Source: Octopus sinensis
Taxonomy: Eukaryota
Assembly: GCF_006345805.1 (NCBI RefSeq)
Contig: NC_043011.1
Location: 10,540,001 to 10,604,000, forward strand
Direction of reading: 5' to 3'
Length of the DNA: 64,000 nucleotides
Shown piece by piece: positions 13,405 to 25,530 of the stretch; the stretch's first letter is position 1; every line of letters begins with the position of its first letter. The notes beneath the pieces were generated by a model. The model made no database searches. It was given only the letters and a program-made list of their open reading frames with translations, and was not told the origin of the DNA. The position numbers were made by a program, and so were the translations under genes.

Positions 13405-14260
13405 CATAGTGGTTAGTCTTTCGAGCCCGAGTGGCGTCCATCTTATCTTCAGGAGGAAGCGTTAACTCGACTAGATTTACCATTTCCTTTCTTTCATGCT
13501 ATATGATAATATCCGGTTTCTTCGTAACTGGAATGAGAAAGAATACTTGGCACACAGGAGAATCTTCAGCCACCTCCCAATACCCGTTTGATTTTCCATC
13601 GCTCACAGAAAGATTCTTCTTCAAACGGATCTACTGTCCTGAACTCACGAAGGTAATGAAATCTCTGGTTGATTCCTTCAGTGGTTTTTCGCCACTGTTG
13701 ATGAGAGCAATTTGGTTCTTTATCGCATTGATAATCACTTTAAGGACCAGATTGTACTTCTATGTATATCGATTCAATGCCAGTGAAAGTATATATTTCA
13801 GTACCCCGACTTTTCCGCATCTGCATTTCTCAATTTCTGATACGTTCTAACTTACTAGGATGAACGAATCAGAAAACTTAGACGTGATGTAGTCCACTTC
13901 CATATCTTATTCCAACCTATTAACCTATTTTTCTCTCAACAACGTCTTCCTCCCATTTTGTTATCTGTCCTTGTTGAGAACATGGAATCAAATGAAGCTC
14001 CCATCTTCCTGTTTCCCTTGCTTTGACGCTGTTGCCGACAACAAATCAGCGTTCGCTCCGCATCGTGCCTGAAATGGTCTGAAGCCAACGGCTCTAAATC
14101 CAAGCCTCTTCCGAGGAATTTGCGTTGCACTCACCATATCTCGATGTGTAAGGGAAGACAGGATGTCAGGAAATGGAAAGCATTTCCTGACCGTTTTTAT
14201 TTCTGGTGGATTACGCCTGATTTCTATATCCTTCGATTCTCTTAGTATCGTCACCGTTCA
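13405..14260 (-). mobile_element. Hero-like (RLE-type) non-LTR retrotransposon relic
   Basis: LRESKDIEIR.NPPEIKT.RK; L.HRDMV.ATQ..R..LG; W..IWKW...RLSFLIRS; KCRCGKVG.LKYILS..LNRYT; KKPDIII...LVELTLPPED.MDA.RARKTNHY (PD-ELT endonuclease motif). Confidence 0.75.
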
Positions 14261-14354
14261 TCGTTCATCTCTTACCTACATTATAAATTTCGACCATTCT
14301 GCTGTTATGTGTGTGTGTGTGTGTGTCTGTGTGTGTGTATGTGTGTGTGTGTGA

Positions 14355-14540
14355 GCGTCTTTGTGTTCGTGTTTGTCCTCCACGATCGCTTGACAACCGG
14401 TGTTGGTTTGTTCACGTCCTCGTGAATTAGCGGTTTGGCAAAAGAGACCTACATAATAAATACCAGGCTTTAAAAGAAATGAGTACTAGAGTTTATTCGT
14501 TCAGCTAAAATCGCTCAAGGCGGTGCTCCAGTATGGCTTG
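14355..14540 (+). mobile_element. SINE 3' half
   Basis: gcttgacaaccggtgttggt...gcggtttggcaaaagagacc...aaggcggtgctccagtatggc; the same family lies on the minus strand at 33270-33640. Confidence 0.7.
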
Positions 14541-14744
14541 TGTCCAGGAAGCGAAGCACATAAAATTTTTAAGTAATATATAGGAGCACTGCCTAACAAT
14601 CCTTTCGATCTTCTCTCCGAGCTGTACCACTTAACCATTCTTTCTAATATTTGGACCCTCCACAACAAATATCTAAATGGATTTAATTGGACCCACCGCA
14701 ACAAATATCATTGATGACGAACATTCTTCCACTGTCTAACCAAT

Positions 14745-14842
14745 ATTTCTCCGATGACGAAATACCCAACTTGTAGGGTCTTCGCTCGATACGCTGCTCC
14801 AAAAGCTAGCTGGGATATCCCAGAAACAGCTGCCAGAGACTC
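14745..14842 (+). ncRNA. Degenerate hammerhead-like motif with extended stem II
   Basis: tttct CCGATGA cg aaat acccaac...gctgggatatcc ca GAAAC agct GC C agagac. Palindromic stem III (CAGCTG); GUC is changed to GCC. Confidence 0.5.
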
Positions 14843-15100
14843 TCTTTACTAGTTTGTACTGTTTTTAACCATTCGTTATGTCGCTAAGTTTTAGATTGAA
14901 TTCAATGACATTAAATGTCGTTGCCTTGAATGGCCTAATTGTTTGCCTTCGCTCACTACTTTAACCTGTTAACTGAAAAGGATGCCATCATTTTTGAACA
15001 AGACAATCACACAACCACAACCTCAACCGTTGTTCTCACTGGAATTTTAGTGGTACACATATGTGAGCAATTAGAATGCACACCTATTGGTCTGAGTCAT

Positions 15101-15180
<80 letters not shown>

Positions 15181-15599
15181 ATATATATATATATATGTAT
15201 GAAAGACGGAATTTATATTATATTCCTAATCCAGAAACGCGTTCGTAAATGACCGTTAGACTTTGTTTTCGTTTTTTCTTCCTTCTGTTTTGCATATGTG
15301 AATTACAAGGGATATGTCGTATGTGGAGTCTCATTTGTAGAGAATAGAAATAAACAGTCTGCTATTTGACTGCTATTTCTAATTTTTTTCGGTGTGTGGC
15401 TAAACAACCTGTTGCCTGCCTCTTTTATTTATGTACAAAATATATATTGAACTTTCATAAAAGTTCCTACCGTTAATGGTTATATTTACATGCCGAAATC
15501 TACCAGTAAATAATTGTTGTTGTTTTTTTAAACTATTAAAGAAATTATTTACTCTTATTATATTACTGTATGTATATATATATATATCTTAGATAACTT

Positions 15600-16510
15600 A
15601 GATTGGTTTCGGCCATTATCGGCCCAGGCCATAACTAACTCAATAGCACCACCTGGAAAAGTATTTTAGTTAATTATTTCGGGACACCATGGACCACTCA
15701 AGCAGAGATTTCTTGTTGGTTGAGACGTATCCAGGTGGAGGTGGTTTATCTGGTATTTCCTGGAAGAATTTGCCCAGGTACCGTTTGAAAGTTGTGGGGT
15801 CTTTTTCTACTTTAATTTCTTTCAGGATAACATTGAAAAGTGTAGGACCATTTGCAGTGAAGAAATTGTGTTGCAATGTTCTTATGTGATGTGATCTCAA
15901 CCTTTGTAGGGGACGCATTGCACGGGGGCCTAGTCCTGGGTGAATTGTAAACATAATGCCAATATCATTTGGATAATATTGGTGGAATATTTTCCACATG
16001 GTACAAATGATGTTTCGCTCATGGTGCCGTTGCAGAGAATAGAGCTGCAGCTGTTTAAGTCGAGCCCAATAATCAAATCGCATCATGCCATTTATTTTCT
16101 TTTTTGTGATTGATCTTTTGGCGCTTCGACCCTCATTCTGTCTTTGATTTTGTAGGGAGACCGCAATGGGCAGCAGTATTCGAGGTGGGGCCTAGCGAAT
16201 GTGGAGAAGAGAAGGATGATAGTTTCATGATTCCTAGATTGAAAAGTTCTTAGGATCCATGAGCACATTCTGCGGGCAACCTCGATTTTTTGTTGATGTG
16301 CACACTCCAGCTAAGTTTGCAGTCGACGGTTACACCTAAGTCTCTGATATTATGCGATGGTTCAAGTGGGTGCTCGCGGGGTTACTGCACATAGGTCCGA
16401 TTGAAGCATTGTTCGATCATATGCTTCCTTAATGACTTTCTGGAGCTTAGAGTCATCTGCAAATATTTTTAGGGTGCTATATTCAATGGAATCAGCAATG
16501 TCATTGATAT
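15600..16510 (-). mobile_element. CR1-group LINE 3' portion (reverse transcriptase relic)
   Basis: INDIAD...LKIFADDSKL; RDLGVTVD.KLSW..HI; WILRTF.SR; RPHLEYCCPL.SPY; YW.RLK.LQLYSLQR; K..L.KF.QEIPDKP..PGY. Confidence 0.88.
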
Positions 16511-17639
16511 AGATATGTATAGATATGTATATATAGATATGCATATATACATATATATACATATATATATACATATATATATATATACAAGCACACACAC
16601 ACACACATATATATATATTATATATATATATATACATACACGTACGCACGCACACAGACATAAACACACGCACACAACACACACACATTCACGCATCCAG
16701 ACAGAGACACACGAGTTTCTCTTCGTTTTTGTGTTCACCTCAGTCTCTCTCCACCTCTCCCTTTCTCCCTCTCTCCTCCCCCTCACACATCAATACTCTT
16801 TCCTTCATACTACGATTGTTCAATGAAACGGTCAATTAATAGATTATCGTAGTTTCGAAACCGAATGCCCGTAGAGGCCGCAGCGGCAGCGGCAGCGATA
16901 CAAAGAAACGGTTTCAGAGAAAACATTGACAAGAAACTTTTGGCGACTTGTTTAAGACTGAACTAGATTTATGATTCTGTTTATGTGCCGATATCTGCTC
17001 AGAGAAATATAAAACAAAACCGAAACAAATAAATTCGAGATTTGTTTCAAATGTGTTTGCACTCTTTCAACTCCATCTCGACATCCCGGCTGACAACCAC
17101 TAGTTTCGTGTTTCAATTAACTTACCGCCAAACAGGCTTCAATATCGACTCCCTGGTAACCGAGTGACGGTGTGCGTGTGTGTGTGTGTATGTTTTGGGT
17201 GCAATGATTGAAATGTGTCTATATTTCCAGTGAAATACAGCGAAGCGATGCGCAGTCCTACTTATGGCATCAAACGAGGTATCTAGCCAGGGTGATATTC
17301 AATTGCTTTGTAAATGACGCCGATCGGAAACTGATCGCGCTGAATTTGTTATAAATAAAATCATAACAAAAACATAAAAAGCACAAGCTATGCTTATCTT
17401 GGAGTGCACCAGTCTTCTCAGATTAAAGGAAATGACGCTTGGGTATAATTATACTTAATTTTCAACGTTGGCTATTTTCCCTGATCGCCTATTAGGAATA
17501 TATCTACCATATCCATTTAAACTGGAGAATCTGAGTTCAAAACATATACATACGCAATATGTATAATATATATTATATACACACATAGAGAGAGAGAGCA
17601 CTAAATGAGAATGACTCTCCCCAGACACAAAAGAATGCG

Positions 17640-17657
17640 TGTGTGGTGTGTGTGTGG

Positions 17658-17688
<31 letters not shown>

Positions 17689-17698
17689 TATATATATG

Positions 17699-17736
<38 letters not shown>

Positions 17737-17807
17737 TATGTATATTATATATATATATATGTATATATATATATAGTATATATATATATGTATATATATA
17801 TATTATG

Positions 17808-17838
<31 letters not shown>

Positions 17839-17966
17839 TATATATATATATATATATATTATTAATATATATATCATATATATATATATATATTATATAT
17901 ATATATGTATATATGTATATATATATATATATGTATATATGTATATATATTATATATGTATATATA

Positions 17967-18030
<64 letters not shown>

Positions 18031-18117
18031 TGCATACATATACATACAGGCATATAAATATATACGCGCATGCAGAAACTTATGCAGACTCCTTCCAATT
18101 GCTCTTTCACATACTCT

Positions 18118-18165
<48 letters not shown>
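17640..18165. repeat. (TA)n tract followed by (TC)n
   Basis: Direct reading. Confidence 0.95.
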
Positions 18166-18167
<2 letters not shown>

Positions 18168-18640
18168 TATTTCAAAGCGCTATCAGTTTCCTCTCAGTAT
18201 TTCAAATAACGTCACGATTTATCTGTTCTTCTCCTTGTTAAGAATCCTCTTTTTCAGCGAGAAAATAGTTCTATTGAAAACTTTTCAAGCATTTGCAACC
18301 GCGTTACTGGAGCAGTTAATAGATGTAAACATGTTGCGGTCGAGCGGACAGTCCATGAAAGGCAATGGCAGCTGACTGAGTAAAAATTCGAAATACTATT
18401 TGAAAGATCACCGATTTTCATCTTGAAATTGCTGCTACATTTACCAACAATAAGAATAAATGCCATGAGGTGGCACAACTTACTGTTGTCCACAGAAGGA
18501 CCACAACTGGTGCAGTGAGACATCAACACATCATCATAGATTTAAGAGACATTGTTTATAATTTTATATATTTAGGTTTCTTTCACTCAATTTTATTTGG
18601 ATCAAAAACATTCCAACCACAGCCATCCCGGAATTTGTGT

Positions 18641-18694
<54 letters not shown>

Positions 18695-19527
18695 ATGTGT
18701 ATGGATAGATAGATAGATAGATATATAGATAGATAGATAGATAGATATTGCGTTCCATTAGCCAGCTTGTTAAGACGGTAAAGCTTGGTTTAAGGGAGTT
18801 TGGCTGCCGTATTTACAAAGAGACTCCTCGGGAAAGTCCAGTGTGGCCGACACTCAAACATTTACACGGTATCTTTTAGCAGCCATTTTAACATCTATTT
18901 CTTTTCTCTTCTACTCTCCTCCACTTTCTTCTCTTTTCAGTTTTTTCTTTTACTTTTCAGGTTCTTCTTCCTCCCCTTGTCCTCCTCCCCACCCCTTCTT
19001 CTTCTTCTTCTAATCCCTCTAATTTTTCCAAGGTTTCTTTATTACCCCTTTATTTTTGTAACTCTTTCTTTCCTCTTTCTTTTTTATTTCCCTTGTATTT
19101 ACCTCCAGTTCTTTTAGTTCTTAATTATTTTCACAAATAATTCTCACTTTTATCTCCCAATGCCACTCTCACAACTTATCACCGATATATTTTATGTCTT
19201 CTTTCCCTTACTATGTTTATTTATTTCATAATTTCAACTGAAAGACTTCTTTTTTTTCTTTTCTTTTTTTTTCTTCAAACTAAGGTGAAATAGTTACTAA
19301 GCAACGAATAGTCTTCTCCAAAATTATGTGGGTAACATTTTCTACGTTCTTTGCTTTCTGAAATCAAAGCATTCACATTAAAATACGAAATACAAAATTT
19401 ATCGTTTTTATTTGTATATTCAACAGGAATATGTTGTCTTCACGAATACAATTTGTTTTGACCTGTTCCTTTCTGCAAAATAGTCAGATCAGAAATGGCT
19501 TTCTTCTTCTTCTTCTTCTTCTTCTTC

Positions 19528-19563
<36 letters not shown>

Positions 19564-20074
19564 CCTCCTCCTACTACCAACCACATTATATCATTTGAAG
19601 TATTGCAGAGTATTGAACGCTGGAGCTCTTATCAATAGGATACAACGATGCCACTATTCACAGAAATTATGGGATTTGGGCATCAAATAAAACACTCAAT
19701 AATTTTGGTGTTCTTTCTCTCTTGATATTTGCTTCCACATGGAATTCATTTGCTCTTAGCTGGATGAGTCATTGATAGCCACACCAAAATGTAACACCTT
19801 CACACCAAGTGTCACTCTCCCGATTATCTCCCTTAAACTTCGCTCATCTTTAATATTTAAAGTTAAACTTCTATACTAGGAAGACGAAGAAGAATGAGAA
19901 ATACTGTTGGATATATTTAAGTTGCTTCACAACGTTACCACAAAATATCTATCGATATATCTATTGATTAACAGAAGAAACTAAATAAACGTTAAATGGT
20001 TTCATAGATACAACTAACTACAAGATTAAATTCATTAAACAGTAATTTTAATATGTGAAGGGAGGAATTATATG

Positions 20075-20875
20075 AACTATAACATGGAAGAGGGTGCATG
20101 ATAAATATATCATGGAAGAGGATGTATATATAAAATATACAATGCAATAGGGTATATATTAACTATATAATGTAAGAGGATGTATATATAAAATATACAA
20201 TGCAATAGGGTATATATTAACTATATAATGTAAGAGGATGTATATATAAAATATACAATGCAATAGGGTATATATTAACTATATAATGTAAGAGGATGTA
20301 TATATAAAATATACAATGCAATAGGGTATATATTAACTATATAATGTAAGAGGATGTATATATAAAATATACAATGCAATAGGGTATATATTAACTATAT
20401 AATGTAAGAGGATGTATATATAAAATATACAATGCAATAGGGTATATATTAACTATATAATGTAAGAGGATGTATATAAAAATATACAATGCATAGGGTA
20501 TATATTAACTATATAATGTAAGAGGATGTATATATAAAATATACAATGCAATAGGGTATATATAACTATATAATGTAAGAGGATGTATATATAAAATATA
20601 CAATGCAATAGGGTATATATTAACTATATAATGTAAGAGGATGTATATATAAAATATACAATGCAATAGGGTATATATTAACTATATAATGTAAGAGGAT
20701 GTATATATAAAATATACAATGCAATAGGGTATATATTAACTATATAATGTAAGAGGATGTATAATAAACATATAATGCAAGAGGGTATACATGAACTATA
20801 TAATGCAAGAAGATGTATATTAACCATATAATTTAAGAGCATGTATTTGAAATATAGAATTTAAGGGGATGTTTT
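20075..20875. repeat. 58-bp minisatellite (30+28-bp dimer), about 11 near-identical units with diverged monomers at both edges
   Basis: Unit aactatataatgtaagaggatgtatatata|aaatatacaatgcaatagggtatatatt repeats from about 20133 to 20762. Confidence 0.95.
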
Positions 20876-21301
20876 AATAGTCGTGATTAGAGACACAAGC
20901 ATAGCTCTCTAGTGGAGCAGGGCTAATGAACTTCCTGTAGTTGTCTATATTGAATCACAGCTTATCAATTTGCTGCAGACTCTCCTCTCATGAACAACAT
21001 GTGACCCACTTGTCTTTCTCTCTTACAACTAATCAACTTCATGTTATACCAATTTCTCAGTAATTCTTAATATATCGCCTAAACTCCCACAAACTCCACT
21101 TTCTAACTTATGTTAACTAACTTCCTTTAGATAGGCATAACTCAGAAGAAAGGCTCTTCTAAGACTGTTGTTTTGTTTTATTTAGCGTATTGAGTACTTA
21201 AAGTAACTGATTATCAATAAAAGTAACTCTTATATTTTTAATATTTTTTTTAGCAATGTCCCATTATGTTTGTCTGTCTTCCTTAAACATATAGGCCTTG
21301 T

Positions 21302-21761
21302 GGGATCCGGACAAAAGCCCCCTCGGACAAAAGCCCCACGGTTATATCTTTTCGGCTATTTTTTCATTTTTAGAATTTTTACTTGAATGTATCGACCCCA
21401 GAATTTTGTTTTTACTTGTTGCAGTTGTTAGACTGTGGCCGGCCATGCTGGGGCACCACCTTGTGAAAATTTTAGTCGATCGCGCTGGTTGAAAATCATC
21501 AAAAAAATTCTGGTGTTGTTACATTCGACTAAAAATTCTCCAAGGTGGTGCCCCAGCATGGCCACAATCTAATAACTGCGACAAGAAAAAGGAAAAAAAA
21601 TTCTGGGGTCGATACGTTCCACTAAAAATTCTTCAAGGCAATGCCCCAGCATGGCCTCAGTCTAATGACTAAAACAAGTTAAAGGTGAAAAAGAAAACGA
21701 AAAGATATTCGAAAAATATAACCGCGGGGCTTTTGTCTGAAGGGACTTTTGTCCTACACTC
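21302..21761. mobile_element. MITE/foldback element with about 60-bp TIRs carrying a tandem GGACAAAAGCCCC motif
   Basis: Left ggacaaaagccccctcggacaaaagccccacggttatatcttttc matches the reverse complement of the right end. Possible degenerate 9-bp TSD (aggccttgt / tcgccatgt, 6 of 9). Confidence 0.75.
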
Positions 21762-22447
21762 TCGCCATGTCTGATTAGAAAAAGATAAACTGTGGGATTA
21801 TCTTCGACTTCGAAGTCTTTATAAGTTAAACTCGTAGCAGTACAATGATTAGTAAGAAAAGCAAGAAAATGTCTTTCATTGTGGGACCTATTTACAACTA
21901 GACGGCCTGGGGCACAGAGAGTTGAGTATTTCAGCCTTAAACAAAAGTTGTGATTGTAGAAAAGATACAACAGTTGATCATTTGTCTAGTAATTTTTGTT
22001 TAGTTATTTCTTTAGCAAAGACAATGTCTGTAGTTGGTGGGGGTGGGGAGGCGGAAGAATCAATTCCAGTTTATGTCTGGTATTCAGAAGAATGAAAAAC
22101 AATGTTGGAATTTCAAACAGAAATTGAAGGAAATGCAACCTAACTGATACCCATTCACTTCTAATCACTTCCAAGACACAGTGATGATGTCGGCTAGGAG
22201 TTCAAAGCATGCTGTAAGTTTCGAGACGGACAATATCATAGATACGCATGCGCGTGTGTGTGTTTGGAGATTGCATTACTGATGTTTCAACCTTAAGGTA
22301 TTTTCAAATATTAAACCCTACATTATATGTATTGAGTACTATATTAAAAAAAGATCTTTCGTTTTAATCTCATTAACAAAGAACATGTAGGACACAGACG
22401 TACATATGCACATGCTTACACCCCCACTCCCCCACACACCCACACAA

Positions 22448-23085
22448 GTATGAATGTCATTATTGAGTTTTATATAAAGATTTCTTGCCAATAGTGAAAG
22501 AGTCGGTTTCTAACCTAGATCCAAGGCTCGTTCCTAGGAATTTCAACATGGACAGGGTATTTTTGTATGTGTGTATCCCTTCTATTCTTTAATTATTATA
22601 AATCTTCCACAGAAGAGGGACCCAGTTTCCAACAAAGATACAAATCTCCATCTTTGGAATGTAGTTCACACAGAGAAATTTACATTTGGAACTATGCATG
22701 CATGTATGTATGGATGTATGTATGTATGTATGTATGTATGTATGTATGTATGCATGTATACATGCATGCATGTATGTATGCATAAGTACATACTGGGTAT
22801 TTTTGTATGTATGTATGTATGTATTTAACCATTTAAATTCTTACTCTGAAGACGGAGCTGATTTCTAACAAAGATACAAAGCTCCATCTTTGGAATGTTG
22901 ATAACAAAAACAATGTAACATTATAAACTTGAGAAAAGTCTTGCATATTTTTACTGTTCCGCTTACAAATTGTATTTGTAATGTGTGAATCAATTGGTTG
23001 ATTTTTTTTTCTGGAAACCCAAGCTTATTGAGACTGACAGTCGGGCAAAAACTTACAAACCAACAGCTCCAATTATTATTGGTAT
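22448..23085 (-). mobile_element. 3' end of an RLE-type (R4/Dong-like) LINE plus two short downstream units with related 3'-end structure, each ending in (TACA)-like sequence
   Basis: Minus frames FIPIIIGAVG...LNKLGFPEKKINQLIHTLQIQFVSGTVKICKTFLKF; three related motifs at about 22854, 22617 and 22499. Confidence 0.65.
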
Positions 23086-23146
23086 AAATGTATGTATGTG
23101 TGTATGTATGTATGTATGTATGTATGTATGTATACATGTATGTATG

Positions 23147-23180
<34 letters not shown>

Positions 23181-23233
23181 TGTATGTATGTATGTATGTA
23201 TACATGTATGTACGTATGTATGTATGTATATAT

Positions 23234-23964
23234 GTCAGGTCACTTTCGAGTGCCACTGGTAACATGTAACCCAGTACTACCTGTTGCATGGTCGGGTCGT
23301 CGGCAACTAAACCGGCAACCCCACCAAGCTTGCTTGGTGAGGAGGGTGTTTATTGGACACCCTGCGGGATGAAAAAAAAACCCGTCAAAGGGCGGAGGAA
23401 CTGTTGAGAGTCAACGGCCATCCAATAAATGTATCATGCGCGGGGACATAGAAATAATCGGACTGAATACCCGAACGCGCAGTTAGACCATTGGGAGTGA
23501 AGGACTCCTAGCCTTTGTTAGAGCATCCTTCAAGGAGAAGGTAACTCCTCAACTGGGATAACTCCAACATAAAATCTGCGGCTCAGCGGTTACCGATGAT
23601 GTTGAATTGTTCTTTTTTTCGGATTATGGCTGCTGTTGCTTAGTGAGGGGGATTGACTCAGTGCACAGCCTTTCCTCACTTTAAAAAAAATCTTCTTGCA
23701 CAGGCATTGCACGATAACAACATTGATTGATTGATTAAATTGATTAACTAATTCATGATTGTTGATGGCACTGTGAGTCTCAACTGAACGGCTAGCTGTA
23801 GCCTTATACAACTACAGCCGGCTATTACCAGTAAAGGTCTTAGTACCCAATTTTGTACAAGACATTGTAGATCTTTAGCTGGGCTAAAAAGTCACATTTG
23901 ATCACAGCACCAGTAACAGTTAAGCTTCGTGCAATGGCCATACTCGATAACGAGAGGACAGCCA
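23234..23964 (+). mobile_element. Non-autonomous RTE-derived retroposon in (TATG)n, with about 190 extra bp
   Basis: Homologous to 47417-47969 and 48436-48979 (opposite strand). Carries an RTE-5'UTR-like motif (ttagagcatccttcaaggagaaggtaactc); no ORF. Confidence 0.75.
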
Positions 23965-24581
23965 TAATAATGTATGTATGTATGTTTCTATGTATGGAGC
24001 TATTCCAATGTGCAAATTGGAGAAAGTATATGGCAGCACCATTTGCTATGCAGTGGAGTCCATTTATTCATTAGAAGCTGATCATTTAGTTTATCGCCGC
24101 TGTTTTGTCGCTCGAGCGAACACAGAAGCTAAAAGTAGCGATGGAGGAAATGTATATTTAAATTAACACACACACACACCACACACACACACACATACAC
24201 ATACAAAGGTATGTGTGTATATATAAATGTATGCATGAATGTAAAACACTGGATTGTGTTTTAATCGGTGTTAAAGCGATGCAAATGTGGAAAAGGAGAA
24301 AACAATCTGCAGTTGAACATCAAATGTTGCTGCATGCTTTACGTTGCAACTTTAATATAACAAATAAGCAGCTGCATTGTGTTGTTGCAGCTGTTGAATA
24401 TGCAGCAGTAGCAGATGGTGTAGATTCAATGTAAGCAGGTTTATGTTTTGTCCGTGTGACTAAACACAGCAAATAGTGCGAGACTGAGTGGCGGCCTTGT
24501 GTCAGATGGGTTAGAATTGTGGGTAAAACTGGGTTCCATGTGAACATACCACCAGCTGCAGTTGGGATGGCTGCTACAGCC

Positions 24582-24765
24582 GGTGGTGGTGGTGGTGGTG
24601 GTACTGGTGATGGTGGTACTGCTGGTGGTGGTGGTGGTGGTGGTGGTGGTGGTGGTACTGGTGGTGGTGATGGTGGTGGTGGTGGTGGTGTGGTGGTACT
24701 GGTGGTGGTGGTGGTGGTGGTGGTGGTGGTGGTGGTGGCGGTGGTGGTGGCGGTGGTGGTGGTGA
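24582..24765. repeat. (GGT)n microsatellite
   Basis: Direct reading; explains the poly-G/V/W/P/H ORFs. Confidence 0.95.
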
Positions 24766-25134
24766 TTGTGCACTGTAATGAGGGATAAACATAGAAACAG
24801 GAAACTGTTTAACAGTATCTCATTCGACATACACACACACGCATGCGCACGCACTCTCTCTCTCTCCTCTCTCTCCCTCTCTCCTTCCTCTCTCTCTCTC
24901 CTCTCTCCTTCCTCTCTCTCTCCTCTCTCCCTCTCTCCCTCTCTCCCTCTCTCTTATTCATGCGAATGCGAATATTTCCGCGTACGGATGCGCACGCTCG
25001 TATTTGTTTTTCGATGATTGGGAAAATTTGCCAACACGATGAAGATTCGGCTGAACTTACCCTCCAAGAAGTCAATGAAATATGTCGACATCTTTTGACT
25101 GATGTCCAGTCTTTCTCCGTATTTTACTTCCATT

Positions 25135-25278
25135 GATCCAGTTCAGTGTTACTCTAGAACTTCCTGACATTCGATCTGTTCACCAGAGAGATTAAAATGG
25201 ATTCAATTGATTAAGTTCAATTTACCTGATGAACCGACCGGACGCCCGGTAAACTCTAGAGCAACACTCAACTGGATT
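25135..25278. ncRNA. Inverted pair of degenerate minimal hammerhead-like motifs
   Basis: Plus 25226-25278: CTGATGA accg...cggt AAAC tctaga GCA acactcaactggat. Minus 25186-25135: CTGGTGA acagatcgaatgtcag GAAGT tctaga GTA acactgaactggat. Confidence 0.5.
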
Positions 25279-25326
25279 AACCGAAAAGAATTACTATTTT
25301 CTAATACGAATTACAGTTCTATTCTG

Positions 25327-25530
25327 GATGTGTGTGTGGGTTTGTGTGTGTGTGTGGGTTTGTGTGTGTGGGTTTGTGTGTGTGTGTGGGTTTGTGTGTG
25401 TGTGTGGGTTTGTGTGTGTGTGTGGGTTTGTGTGTGTGTGTGGGTTTGTGTGTGGGGGGTTGTGTGTGTGGGGGGGTTTGTGTGGTGTGTGGGGGTTTGT
25501 GTGTGTGTGGGGGTTTGTGTGTGTGGGTTC
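25327..25530. repeat. [(TG)n GG TT] minisatellite with 14-18-bp units
   Basis: Direct reading. Confidence 0.85.

Noticed and set aside
13431-13850. 139-aa plus-strand ORF
   Set aside because: It is the antisense shadow of the minus-strand Hero-like relic.
15198-15245. Further hammerhead candidate (tgaaaga-cgga...tcca-GAAACGCGTT)
   Set aside because: The CUGANGA box is incomplete and there is no stem I. Other CTGATGA hits (about 53693 and 54697) lack a GAAA partner.
20133-20762. CRISPR-like regular array
   Set aside because: No unique spacers, no cas genes and a eukaryotic context; it is a plain tandem repeat.
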